Source: Macrostomum lignano
Lineage: Eukaryota
DNA: 64,000 nt
Assembly (NCBI GenBank): GCA_002269645.1
Contig: NIVC01001810.1
Location: forward strand, 170,752 to 234,751
Reading direction: 5' to 3'
The notes under the pieces are model-generated. The model made no database searches. It saw only the letters and a program-made list of their open reading frames with translations, and was not told the origin of the DNA. Positions 1 to 14,087 of this stretch are shown here, one piece after another (position 1 is the stretch's first letter; every line of letters starts with the position of its first letter). The translations under genes were made by a program, and so were the position numbers.

Positions 1-1124
1 CAAGATTCATGGTTTGGATCGAAATGAAAGAAAACATTTTGAAAGCGAAGAGAAGCAAAACTCCGAATTTATGGTCTTAATATCTTTCCAAGGGTGTTCT
101 AATAATACTATGATAAGCCTATTTGGCTTGATTAAAACAATTCATCTTCAATGACCTTAATTGAACAGCATTCATTTCTATGTAAATTTCTCATTCAAAT
201 AACCGCCACTGTCGTACTTTTCTGAAAATTTTCGTGACTGTTCCGGAATCTTTTCACATTGCTAATCCGTGCTTTGCTTCTGTTTCATACGTTTCTGTTT
301 CGATATCCAACCAAGCCGTCGGGAACGGGTGTAGTGGTATAGAAGAGCAGTCATGAAAAGAGTTTGACTGCTCTAATCCACCGGTCTGGGCCAGGCGTCA
401 GTCGGGGGCGGTTTTGCTGGCTTGGCACGAAATGGTGCCATCAGTCTCATTGTGGTTTGTCAAAATCGCCTCAATAAGATATTTTTTCCAATATTTTGCT
501 TTTCTTTCATCCTTCCACTATAGGTTGCTTTGTTTTTGGGGTATAGAAATGCGGACGCAGTTCGCTCATTGACCACAATTGGATACCCTGGGCCGTGATG
601 TCATTGTAAATTCATGAATTAATAAATCTTTGAGACTAGTTCATAAGGATGAAAAAGACCTTTACAGCGGAATTTCACTGACCCAGAGACTCAAGCGGCT
701 CTCCCATGAATTTTCACATTCTGCTGTGTTCCCCCTTCGCTCCGCCCAATTCCTTTCCATTTCCTTGTTCCCGCTTGCCCTAGCAACGCTTTTCATCGTA
801 GCTTATGCGCGGAAGGCGCGACTTTCAGACAGCCGCGTGTGGTGAGTTCCTGAGCCTCCCAGCCAACCAGCTCAAGCAGGGAGAGAGGGGGAGCAGCTGC
901 TACAACTCATCTGCTTTGTGTTAGATCCGGTTTTGCTTGCAATGCCTGGCTAAAGGTAGCACTCATCCCCACCCCATGGCAAGGCCTTCTTTTCAAGGAA
1001 GTGTGTAAAGCTTGAGAGTAAAGCAGTTCGCCTATAGGGAGAGCCTGAACAACAATCGAAGGCTGAGAGGGATATCCTTAGTTATTATTTATCCAGTCAT
1101 AAATTGCATAATACGGCCAGAGCT

Positions 1125-4100
1125 ATGCTCGGAATAAACGTCACGAACAAGACCTCCCTGATGGTGAGTCATCAGTGGGACTGGATCCTTATTGATAATA
1201 AACAATATTTTCGATTAACAAAGGTCAGCGATTAACAAAAAAGGTAATTTGAGAAAAGCTGCTCAACATGAATGCCCACTGCATTCATAAGGCGACTCTG
1301 ATGGTGAGGCAGATTCGCTTAACCTCACTCAGCTCTTATTGATTTCCACGGTCCAGTTGCAAGTTAGCTGCAAGTTAAGCAGAGCCGGCTGTGGTTAGTA
1401 CGCAGATGAACAGGCTTGCGTCAGGCAGCTGAGCTCCAGTTCAGGCTCGCATTTCTATTCCATAATCCCATTTGGTTGCTATGCTGGTTACTGTGCTGCC
1501 ACCTCACCGACAGAGGTACCTGGGCCTGCCGCAGCCCGAGGACAAGGTGCAGTGCATGTACATCTGGATTGACAGCACCGGGGAGAACCTGCGGGCCAAG
1601 ACTCGAACTGTTGAAACCGTGCCGAAAGATCCCAAAGGTGAGCAGTTGAGACTGAGTTGATGAGGCACTCAGGGCTAAAGTACAAAGCTCTTAATGCTTA
1701 GCGCGCTTTTTCAGGTGGCATCGGGCGCTCGGGACTCAGTGAGTTCTCTGATTTCTGTGTCATTGATGAGGCTGAGAGACTGGGGATTGGGAAAGCTGTG
1801 AGTTCTCTGATTTCTGTGTCATTGATGAGGCTGAGAGACTGGGGATTGGGAAAGCTGTGAGTTCTCTGATTTCTGTGTCATTGATGAGGCTGGGAGACTG
1901 GGGATTGGGAAAGCTGTGAGTTCTCTGATTTCTGTGCCATTGATGAGGCTGAGAGACTGGGGATGGGGGCAGTGAGTAGAGTGGGGATGGGCAGTGAGTA
2001 GAGTGGGGATGGGGCAGTGAGTAGAGTGGGGATGGGCAGTGAGTAGACTGGGGATGGGCAGTGAGTAGAGTGGGGATGGGGCAGTGAGTAGAGTGGGGAT
2101 GGGCAGTAAGTAGACTGGGGATGGGCAGTGAGTAGACTGGGGATGGGCAGTGAGTAGAGTGGGGATGGGGCAGTGAGTAGAGTGGAGAAATGATGAGGCA
2201 AAGTCAGAAGCAGGAAGCCAAGAGCTGAGGGAGTCAGCAGTGCAGAAAGCCAGCCACTCCTGCCAGCCCACAGAAATTGGGTGCCCCCACAAGCCAAGCT
2301 GCAGGCTGAGCCGGCCTGAGCAGCGGCTCACAGAGGCTGCATCGATCTGTAACAGCTCACCTGGCAGAGGCTGTGAGAATTCAGAGAGCCTTGCCGCCGG
2401 GCTCCTCTGAATGAATTGTGCAGGACCCGTCTCCCCCCACCGCCCTGCCGTCAGGCAGCTCAGCTTGCAGCTCAATGCACTTCAAAGACAGGCGAACTCA
2501 GAGACTGAGATGCTGTTCCATTCTTACCTTTTGAATTTCTCAGCTGCCTTTGCATTCCACCCAGTGGATTGTGTTTCACACCCAAATTTTCCCTTTCAGC
2601 CTTTCAGCTTGTATTTGCACTTTTGTTGCTAGGATACCAGTGAGACTCAACGGGTGATGTGTGGAAAATGATTCAAAACATGATACTACGATACTACTAT
2701 GAGAAAAGTAGTATACTGGGTAATTTAAGTAGGCCAGCCGACTTGCCTGCCAAAAATCATAAGAACAATTAGTAATATGAGAATATTATACATTTAGTAT
2801 AGGTGGACTAGCGCACAGCCCCCCCCTTAGGGGTTCATAAAGTAATATATAATATTTTCTGCACCTTGTTACAGACTGAAAATGATGCTAAATATGTGTA
2901 GACATACATCAACTTCCCAAATTATCCCATGAGTGCACTCGCACCTAAATCCACTCCCCGAGCTCCCGCAGACCTGCCCATCTGGAACTTCGATGGCTCC
3001 AGCACGGGCCAGGCGGAGGGCCAGAACTCTGACGTCATGCTGCACCCCGTGGCGCTGTTCAACGACCCGTTCCGCGGCGGCTCCAACAAGCTGGTGCTGT
3101 GCGAGACCTGCGGCCACGACGGCGAGCCGCTGCCCAGCAACAAGCGGCGCACCTGCCAGCAGGTGATGGAGCAGGCCAAGGAGTTCAAGCCCTGGTTCGG
3201 CATCGAGCAGGAGTACACCATGCTGGACACCGACGGGCACCCGTTCGGCTGGCCCAAGAACGGCTTTCCCGGGCCGCAGGGTCCCTACTACACCGGGGTC
3301 GGGGCCCGCAATGTCTACGGCAGGGACGTGGTGGAGTCTCACTACCGGGCCTGCATGTACGCTGGGGTGAAGATTGCCGGCACCAATGCTGAGGTCATGC
3401 CGGCTCAGTGGGAGTTTCAGGTGAGCTGCTGTGGCATTTTGCTTGATTTTCTGACATTCTGCTTGATTGTCTAACATTCTGCTTGATTGTCTGACACCCT
3501 GCTTGATTGTCTAACATTCTGCTTGATTGTCTAACACCCTGCTTGATTGTCTGACACCCTGCTTGATTGTCTGACACCCTGCTTGATTGTCTGACACCCT
3601 GCTTGATTGTCTAACATTCTACTTGATTGTCTAACATTCTGCTTGATTGTCTAACATTCTGCTTGATTGTCTAACATTCTGCTTGATTGTCTGACACCCT
3701 GCTTGATTGTCTGACACCCTGCTTGATTGTCTAACATTCTACTTGATTGTCTAACATTCTGCTTGATTGTCTGACATTCTGCTTGATTGTCTAACATTCT
3801 GCTTGATTGTCTAACATTCTGCTTGATTGTCTAACATTCTGCTTGATTGTCTAACATTCTGCTTGATTGTCTAACATTCTGCTTGATTGTCTGACATTCT
3901 GCTTGATTGTCTAACATTCTACTTGATTGTCTAACATTCTGCTTGATTGTCTGACATTCTGCTTGATTGTCTAACATTCTACTTGATTGTCTAACATTCT
4001 GCTTGATTGTCTGACAACCTGCTTGATTGTCTGACAACCTGCTTGATTGTCTGACATTCTGCTTGATTGTCTAACATTCTACTTGATTGTCTAACATTCT

Positions 4101-5856
4101 GCTTGATTGTCTGACATTCTGCTTGATTGTCTAACATTCTACTTGATTGTCTAACATTCTGCTTGATTGTCTGACAACCTGCTTGATTGTCTGACAACCT
4201 GCTTGATTGTCTGACATTCTGCTTGATTGTCTGACACCCTGCTTGATTGTCTGACACCTTGCTTGATTGTCTGACACCCTCCTGGTCCCTGAAACTCATT
4301 GGCGATTTCCAGTTAGAGTGAACTGCAAGAGAAATGAAAATCCCTTCTGCCCTACTCAAACAGTGGCGGGCAGTAGTTCGTACCGCACACTCACACAGAC
4401 AGCCGACCCAAACCCCGCCGCCAGGTCGGTCCCTGCGAAGGCATCGACATGGGCGACCACCTATGGCTCGGCCGCTTCCTGCTGCACCGGGTCGCCGAGG
4501 ACTTCGGCGTCGCCGTCTCCTTCGACCCGAAGCCGATGCCGGGCGACTGGAACGGCGCCGGGGCGCACACGAACTTCAGCACGCTGCAGATGCGCCAGCC
4601 CGAGGGCATGAAGGCCATCATCGAGGGCATCGAGAGGCTCGGCAAGCGGCACGCCGCCCACATCCGCGCCTACGACCCGCACGGAGGCGCCGACAACAAG
4701 AGGCGGCTCACGGGGCTGCACGAGACCTCCAGCATCGACGACTTCAGCTACGGTGTGGGATCGGGATCTGGGATCGGGATCTGGGATCGGGATCTGGGAT
4801 CGGGATCTGGGATCGGGATCTGGGATCGGGATCTGGGATCGGGATCTGGGATCGGGATCTGGGATCGGGATCTGGGATCGGGATCTGGGATCGGGATCTG
4901 GGATCGGGATCTGGGATCGGGATCTGGGATCGGGATCTGGGATCGGGATCTGGGATCGGGATCTGGGATCGGGATCTGGGATCGGGATCTGGGATCGGGA
5001 TCTGGGATCGGGATCTGGGATCGGGATCTGGGATCGGGATCTGGGATCGGGATCTGGGATCGGGATCTGGGATCGGGATCTGGGATCGGGATCTGGGATC
5101 GGGATCTGGGATCGGGATCTGGGATCGGGATCTGGGATCGGGATCTGGGATCGGGATCTGGGATCGGGATCTGGGATCGGGATCTGGGATCGGGATCTGG
5201 GATCGGGATCTGGGATCGGGATCTGGGATCGGGATCTGGGATCGGGATCTGGGATCGGGATCTGGGATCGGGATCTGGGATCGGGATCTGGGATCGGGAT
5301 CTGGGATCGGGATCTGGGATCGGGATCTGGGATCGGGATCTGGGATCGGGATCTGGGATCGGGATCTGGGATCGGGATCTGGGATCGGGATCTGGGATCG
5401 GGATCTGGGATCGGGATCTGGGATCGGGATCTGGGATCGGGATCTGGGATCGGGATCTGGGATCGGGATCTGGGATCGGGATCTGGGATCGGGATCTGGG
5501 ATCGGGATCTGGGATCGGGATCTGGGATCGGGATCTGGGATCGGGATCTGGGATCGGGATCTGGGATCGGGATCTGGGATCGGGATCTGGGATCGGGATC
5601 TGGGATCGGGATCTGGGATCGGGATCGGGATCTGGGATCGGGATCTGGGATCGGGATCTGGGATCGGGATCTGGGATCTAAAATCCTCAAAACCCCCGCA
5701 GGCGTGGCGCACCGCGGCTGCTCCATCCGCATCCCGCGGCAGTGCAGCGATGACGGCTGCGGCTACCTGGAGGACCGGCGGCCGGCCTCCAACTGCGACC
5801 CCTACTGCGTCACCGAGATGCTGGTGCGCACCGTCTGCCTGAACGAGTCCGGCTGA
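1125..5856 (+). CDS. GLUL: Glutamine synthetase, type II (eukaryotic), 5 coding exons, about 363-364 aa
   Basis: Exons: 1125-1163 or 1268-1303 (alternatives), 1514-1637, 2972-3420, 4425-4752, 5702-5856. All introns are GT-AG with matching phases (0,1,0,1). Motifs: [84 protein letters not shown]. Confidence 0.97.
1739..2185. repeat. GS intron 2: 59-bp repeat (about 4 copies) then a 22-23-bp GGGCAGTGAGTAGAGTGGGGAT minisatellite
   Basis: Direct tandem copies visible in the sequence. Confidence 0.9.
3441..4280. repeat. 20-bp minisatellite GCTTGATTGTCT(A/G)ACA(TT/CC)CT filling GS intron 3
   Basis: About 40 tandem copies with period 20. Confidence 0.97.
4756..5679. repeat. 13-bp minisatellite GGGATCGGGATCT filling GS intron 4
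   Basis: About 70 near-perfect copies; explains the 13-aa-period ORFs in all frames. Confidence 0.98.
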
Positions 5857-6056
5857 CACGCCAGGGACAACAGAGCTGTCTTGCGGACAAAAGTGAACAG
5901 AAAAAATTCTCGTCTTATAAAACTGAGCACAATTCACTCAATGTAGATCCGAGCTTGCAGAACTTTGCACTTTCCCTGTCAATCTACGCCCGTATGAGCA
6001 ATCAATCGATCAGGTTCGGTTGATTCAACTGAAATCAGTTGATATCAAGATACTTT

Positions 6057-6062
6057 AATAAA
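6057..6062 (+). terminator. Candidate polyadenylation signal AATAAA of GS
   Basis: AATAAA about 200 nt after the GS stop and just before the CTAA array. Confidence 0.5.
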
Positions 6063-6090
6063 TACACCGCACTTAATAGAACTATCTAGC

Positions 6091-8275
<2,185 letters not shown>

Positions 8276-8849
8276 ATGTAACTAACTTTCCCACCGATAC
8301 ACTTGATGCTGAAGTCGTAGGCCATCAGCCTGTCTGCTCTGTGCCCGGTGCCGGGGCTGCCAGAGCCGCGGGGGTTGCCAGAGCTGGGGTGGCTGCTCGC
8401 ACAGACAGGCAGGCGGGTGGCCTTCAATCTCTCTCTGCAGTCTCTCACAGTGCCTGCGAACTTCTGTTTTGCATCACGCCACCTGAGTGCATCGCCCCAC
8501 CTCTCTGCTCGAGCCCTCCGAGTCTCCGAGCCCAGACCGCAGCCCCAGAACAATGGGGCTCTCCGGCCCCCTCACCGTCCCCGCCCTGCGCCTGTCAAAG
8601 CCAGCGGCGGCTCTGAGGTGGGCGGCAGTTTGAGTCTCAACTGTTGCCATGGTGACCGGGCAGATGGGGCAGGTGAGGCTTTACTAATTGCTGCCTCAGG
8701 TGAGGCTGGGCTGGGGAGGGCAGCTGCGCTTTTATGCCTGTTTTGTTATTCTCAGCTGCTGCGACCTGCCTGCTCAGAAAGTGCAAAGTAAAGAGTTGGA
8801 CTGCTTTGTGGCATCAGCCTGCTTGTGCTGCCTCCCTGTGCTGCCTCCC

Positions 8850-9170
8850 TCTGCTGTCTCCCTCTGCTGTCTCCCTCTGCTGTCTCCCTCTGGTGTCTCC
8901 CTCTGCTGTCTCCCTCTGGTGTCTCCCTCTGCTGTCTCCCTCTGCTGTCTCCCTCTGCTGTCTCCCTCTGCTGTCTCCCTCTGCTGTCTCCCTCTGCTGT
9001 CTCCCTCTGCTGTCTCCCTCTGCTGTCTCCCTCTGCTGTCTCCCTCTGCTGTCTCGCTCTGGTGTCTCTCTCTGCTGTCTCCCTCTGCTGTCTCCCTTTG
9101 CTCCCTCTGGTGTCTCCCTTTGCTGTCTCCCTGTGGTGTCTCCCTCTGCTGTCTCCCTCTGCTGTCTCCC
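8850..9170. repeat. 13-bp CT-rich minisatellite CTCCCTCTGCTGT
   Basis: Degenerate tandem copies. Confidence 0.9.
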
Positions 9171-9859
9171 ATTCTCTCATTGCCAATCCCTGTACACTGT
9201 CAAATTTCAAATTAGGAGACAGACCGAGAGAGAACTCAAACGGACAGAAAGAAGGGTTAAAAGGGAGGGACAGAACAAAAGCGATACGCACGGCTTCCAT
9301 GCTTGAGTTGGGCTGCATTTGAAAGCATCGGCAGCCCCTGCGACTGAGCCCTGGCCAGGTGAGAATTTTCCTTATAGTTGCCTCTGCAGCAGCCAGCGAC
9401 AAAAGATGCTCAGCCCTTCACCCCGCACCGAATCTCTGAGCACAGCCGCACCCTCTGCTCTCAAGCCGCAATTGTCTCTCCGAGCTCTGCACCACCTCCC
9501 TAGACCCGAACTTGTTTTCATTTCTTTTATAATATATACGAGTGGAACTCCTCCTTCGGAGAAAAATGGGGAAGAACTCCCATCGCCAGAATTTCATTCC
9601 CTGAAATCCATCATCTGAAATTCCATGACTTGAATCCCATCTTCCAAATCATCTCCAAATCCTCTACAAAGCCATTTAAATGTCATATCTTGTTTTTACT
9701 GTTTGAAAAAACTGACTGCAATTGTCTAGACTCAGATTCGCCTGTCTTTTCTCTCCTCTTTGCTCCCTCATCTCTACTGTATAATTTATCATCTCTCATC
9801 TTTCCTATCTGCACTCCTCTCTTACACTCTTCTTTCCCTCGCTATCTCCTCTGAATTCT

Positions 9860-9912
9860 TTTATCTCTAATCTTTAATCTCTCTTCTCTCTCCTCTCTCC
9901 TTTCTCCTCTCG

Positions 9913-9951
<39 letters not shown>

Positions 9952-10230
9952 ATCTCTACTCCCTTACTTATTTCTTCTCCCTCATCTATTGTCTCTACTC
10001 TCTCCTGTCTCCTCTCTCTCCTCTTCTCTTCTCTCTTCTCTCTCCTCTCATCTCTCCTGTCTCATCTCTGCTATCGCATATCTCCCCTCTCCTCTTCTCT
10101 CTTCATTTCCGCCTCGCTCCCCTCTTCTCTCCCAGCTGTCATCTCTCTAATCTCTTCTCTCTCATATCTACTCTCTTTTCTATCATCTCTCCTCTCTTCT
10201 CTTTTGACTCTTCTCTCTAATCTCTCATTT
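9860..10230. repeat. CT-rich low-complexity tract
   Basis: Polypyrimidine run including (CT)n. Confidence 0.85.
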
Positions 10231-11111
10231 AACTGACTGAAGGTGCCCGATAATAAAACCAATTGAAATTTGTCACCAGCCTCCTCCATTACTGAAATTA
10301 CTGAAATGATAGCTTAAATGTACTTAAACTGATTTCTATTAAAATATCCTCCTCCGTTAAACGACTATCTAATTATATCAGTATCGATATGATACCATTT
10401 CCGTCAATCAAGACTGTTTAATTGAAATCTATAAAAAGATGCTTTCTACTTTCAAAGTAACGGGTATGATAGTCTGTGGGAAAAAGCGTGGTAGACAGAC
10501 ATCCACTGGAGAGGCAGAGGGGCCAAGGAAGGTTATTGAAGGTTAAAAAACAGTTTTCTGCTTTTTATGCTTTTTCTGTGCGAAATTAAAATAGCCTAAA
10601 GCCTGATCCGGAAAATTTGCAGTTTTGCCATATAAGTTTCGACGCTGGCTTGCCAGAATTGTAGGATTTCTGCACATAGGTAGGTTAACAGCAAGTAGTC
10701 ACTGATGGCAGCTGTGTGTGAGCTCAGTGCCATAGACATGTCTGAGTCACCACAGTAATTTGATTTTATAAAGTAGCTCTGGAGAACAAAATGAGGAAAG
10801 CCAAGTCTCGCAGCAAGACGCTCGGCTAGAAGTTCTAAAATGTACGGGTATAACCACAGAATACTATTGTATTCAAGGGGTATAACACTCGCGTAATAAT
10901 CATTTACCAAATCTATGACTCCAGACACATTGTGCCACATAAAAGGGGTCACAGTTATGAGGAAGAGTCGGGTGAACATCAAGTAGTCACCATCGACTGA
11001 CAAGCACCAAAAAAGTGACACATGAGCATCAAATTTAATATATGACAGGCTTTGCTCAGATGCTGCAGCACGATTTTCAACGAGAACCCAAGCTGAACAG
11101 CTGAAAACTCT

Positions 11112-11996
11112 CTATGAGCTCTTCTGAGCTTTGCTCGGATCAAAGGAGACCTGCCGAGCGAGCTGTGACACGGTCTGAGCAACGCAATAGTACTTTATAA
11201 TTTCGGCCCTCTCGTTTCTGAACTCGTACGGCTTCTCCGTCATGTGCCGCTTCACGCGCATCATGATGCCCTCCAGGTGCTTCTCTGTGTAAAATCGCTC
11301 GATGTAGTGGCACAGGGTCTGCACGAAGACGCTACCAGTCTGAGGGTCGCGGTAGGACACCTGACCCTCTGTGGTAGGGAAGCAGAACAGGAAGTCACTC
11401 TCTGGAGGGTACAGGGCCGGGTTCTGCGCGAACTCTGGGGGCAGCTGGTCGACTGCCAGCCCCCTGTGCGTCACTTCGTCTTTGCCTCTGCCGCGGCAGG
11501 CCTGGACAAAGAAGATCTTCGGCTTGCCCGCCAGGTCGGGGCAGACGGAGGCCTGGAGGAGGGTTGGGAAATGTGTAGAAATTTGTAGAGCTGCAATGCT
11601 TTGCATCATATGCACAGATGAGCCAGACCCAGACCCACCTTGAACTTGGCTGCGAGCTCCAGAACCGGACTCAGCACTCCATGGCCATGGATAATGCAGT
11701 CCCTTCCCTGTGGGTCCTTGCGGCCGTGGGCCATCAGGAAGCAGACAAAACTGCCGTGCTTGGCGAGCTCCTTGGACTTCTTTGTCTCATTGAGGAAGTC
11801 ATCGATCTCTGCAGTTGTGGGATTTTGCTTCTCCATGATGGTGAAACTCAGCTTCCTGAAAAGCTTCCTCACTCGCTCCACATCCCGCTCCGAGCCTTTG
11901 CGCTCCTCTTCGCCGCTGCCGGCTGAGTACGCGTTGATGTTGATGATGAGGCAGAATCCCTGCGGGTTCGTCACCTGGTAGAAATCCTCGTGGAGT
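11112..11996 (-). CDS. Caspase catalytic domain (p20+p10), two exons
   Basis: Exons 11996-11639 and 11552-11112, separated by an 86-nt GT-AG phase-0 intron. Motifs: PQGFCLIININ, RKGSERD, FLMAHG (catalytic His), KPKIFFVQACRG (catalytic Cys), SDFLFCF, SYRDPQTGSVFVQ. The upstream acceptor TTCCAG at 11998-11997 is phase 2. Confidence 0.95.
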
Positions 11997-12342
11997 CTGG
12001 AATGCAGCAGGGTGATCGGGACGTGAGGCAAATAATATAGAACAGGAATCCCTGGAGACCTTTGCCTGATTCTGTTTTGCATGAGAAGCCTTTGGAATGC
12101 CGTGGAATGCTGTGGCACACTAAATATTATATATAATCTCTTCGATACAAAACTTATATTGAACATGTGAAATCTTTAAACAAATAAGGCTAGCTTTATG
12201 ACACAGACGCATGCACAGCTCAGTTGGTGGCGTAATATAGAATACACAGACACATTTGTGCTCATTTTAGAGTACTTCTGTCTCTGACTCATGCCAATCT
12301 GTCACTGACTCATGCCAATCTTTCATTCCTGCTCACTGACCC

Positions 12343-12383
12343 AGTCCCAGCTGGAGAAGGCGGGGTCCAGAGACGGCCTCGCA
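12343..12383 (-). pseudogene. 41-bp vestige of the kinase exon found in paralogs B and C
   Basis: Acceptor TTTCAG followed by TGCGAGGCCGTCTCTGGACCCCGCCTTCTCCAGCTGGGACT, identical to 48544 onward. Homology then stops and an in-frame TGA follows within a few codons. Confidence 0.85.
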
Positions 12384-12538
12384 CTGAAAGAGGAGAGGGT
12401 TGGGAGACTGAAGCAATGCAGGATGGCTGCAGAAATGGGGAACTGAGCAGGCAGGGAGAGTCTGTCAGCTGATCATTGTGAGCCACTCTTAGCTGAACCG
12501 AATGCAATTTCCCAAGTGAAAAGTGGAAGACGGCCTGC

Positions 12539-13890
12539 CTTGCTGACGGAGTCTCCTCGGACTGCAGCTGCAAGCCCGACATCGCCTGGCCCAGCCTCCG
12601 CTCTTCTCCATCAGGCTGGTGCCGCCGCTGCTCTGCGATCCACTCCCGAATCCGAGCTCCGTGCTGAGAGTTCCGCTCTGCGTAGTCGGCCACCGACTCG
12701 CCACCGGAATCGAGAAGGTCGAATGGGGCGAAGCCGAGAGAGTCCGCGATGAGGCGGAGCGAGTCCAGGTCGTGATACTGAGCAGCCAGGTGAGCAGGTG
12801 TGGCTCCGTTTGAGTCTTTTTCCAACAGACAGGCCGCCGGACCGAGCTCAGAGATGAGCCACTCGAGACAGGAGTTGGTCTCATTCATAGCAGCAAAGTG
12901 AATGGCAGTGCGTTGGACTAGGCCAGGCTGATGGAAGCAGTCGGATCCGAGGACTGATTTGAAGAACTGCATGGAATCGGCGCCCTGAAACTCAGCAGCG
13001 AGATGGACGGGAGTGTTTCCTTGTTGGTCTCGAACGGAGAGACAGTCGGTTCCGCACTCGTTTACCAGCCACTTGAGACAGGAGTTAGTGGCTTCATTCA
13101 TAGCCGCACAGTGAATGGCAGTGCGTTGGACTTGGCCAGGCTGATGAAAGCAGTCGGATCCGAGGACTGATTTGAAGAACTGCATTGAATCGGCGCCCTG
13201 CTTCCAAGCAGCGATATGGACGGGAGTGCTTCCTCGTTGGTCTCGAACGGAGAGACAGTCGGTTCCGCACTCGTTCACCAGCCACTTGAGACAGGAGTTA
13301 GTAGCTTCATTTAAAGCGGCTTTGTGAATGGCAGTTTGTTGTAATAAGCCAGGCTGATGGAAGCAGTCGGATCCGAGGACTGATTTGAAGAACTGCATGG
13401 AATCGGCGCCCTGCTTCCAAGCAGCGAGATGGACGGGAGTGTTTCCTTGTTGGTCTCGAACGGAGAGACAGTCGGTTCCGCACTCGTTCACCAGCCACTT
13501 AAGACAGGAGTTAGTAGCTTCATTCTCAGCGGCCCAGTGAATGGCAGTGCGTTGGAGTCGGCCAGGCTGACGGAAGCAGTCGGATCCGAGGCTGCGGTGA
13601 ATGAGCTCCATCCATGACTCATCTCGACACAAGGCAGCCAGGTGCACAGGAGTGTTGCCTCTTTCGTTGGTGCAGGTGAGGCAGTCGGGTCCGAGTTTCT
13701 TAATAAGAGCCTCGAAGCAGCGGAGACCGTCGGATAGATAGGTCACGTGATGAGCAATGGACCGCTTCAACTGGTTGATGTTGAGTGCGAAGTTGGTGTC
13801 GAGCTGCCGGCAGAGGGGGAGCAGGCGGCCTGCGTCCTTGGCACGGAGGGCTGCAGCGACTTCTTCGCGCACTGAGGCTTGCCGGGCCAT
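12539..13890 (-). CDS. Ankyrin-repeat exon A (about 450 aa), predicted to splice to a downstream effector exon, probably the caspase
   Basis: Open frame with repeated TPVHLAA and TAIHxAA ankyrin motifs in 71-aa di-repeat units. Ends at a phase-2 AAG|GCAGGC donor shared with paralog C. Confidence 0.9.
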
Positions 13891-13939
13891 GTCTGCAGAG
13901 TGGCGCGGACTGCGAGCGCGCTGGGCTGCTCTGTGCCGC

Positions 13940-13946
13940 TTTTATA
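13940..13946 (-). promoter_or_regulatory. TATA box of ANK gene A
   Basis: TATAAAA about 50 nt upstream of the ATG at 13890. It is preceded by a CCGCCC GC-box and followed about 30 nt later by an Inr-like CGCAGT. Confidence 0.6.
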
Positions 13947-14087
13947 TGGGCGGTGCGGAGAGGCGGGCTGAGCGGCATCCGAGCCAGACTACTGTGAGTA
14001 GGCAAAGCAGAGTAAACTGCAGATGCTGTGCTGAGTCTGTCAGTTCTGAGCTCGGAACTCAGCGAGACCGACTGCTGGCCGCAGGTG

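Noticed and set aside
630-845. 71-aa ORF with a hydrophobic stretch as a GS targeting exon
   Set aside because: Its donor at 842 is phase 2, and joining it to the acceptor at 1121 creates TGA. It is more likely 5' UTR.
1472-5856. Bacterial origin or recent horizontal transfer of the GS gene
   Set aside because: It is a type II GS with four spliceosomal introns in an ordinary eukaryotic context.
4334-5937. Long 367-502-aa ORFs with [13 protein letters not shown] repeats
   Set aside because: These are translations of the stop-free 13-bp intronic repeat. Splicing it out restores the canonical GS sequence SYG-VAHRG.
10596-11021. 141-aa minus-strand ORF downstream of the caspase
   Set aside because: No recognisable motif, non-ATG start and no clear splice support.
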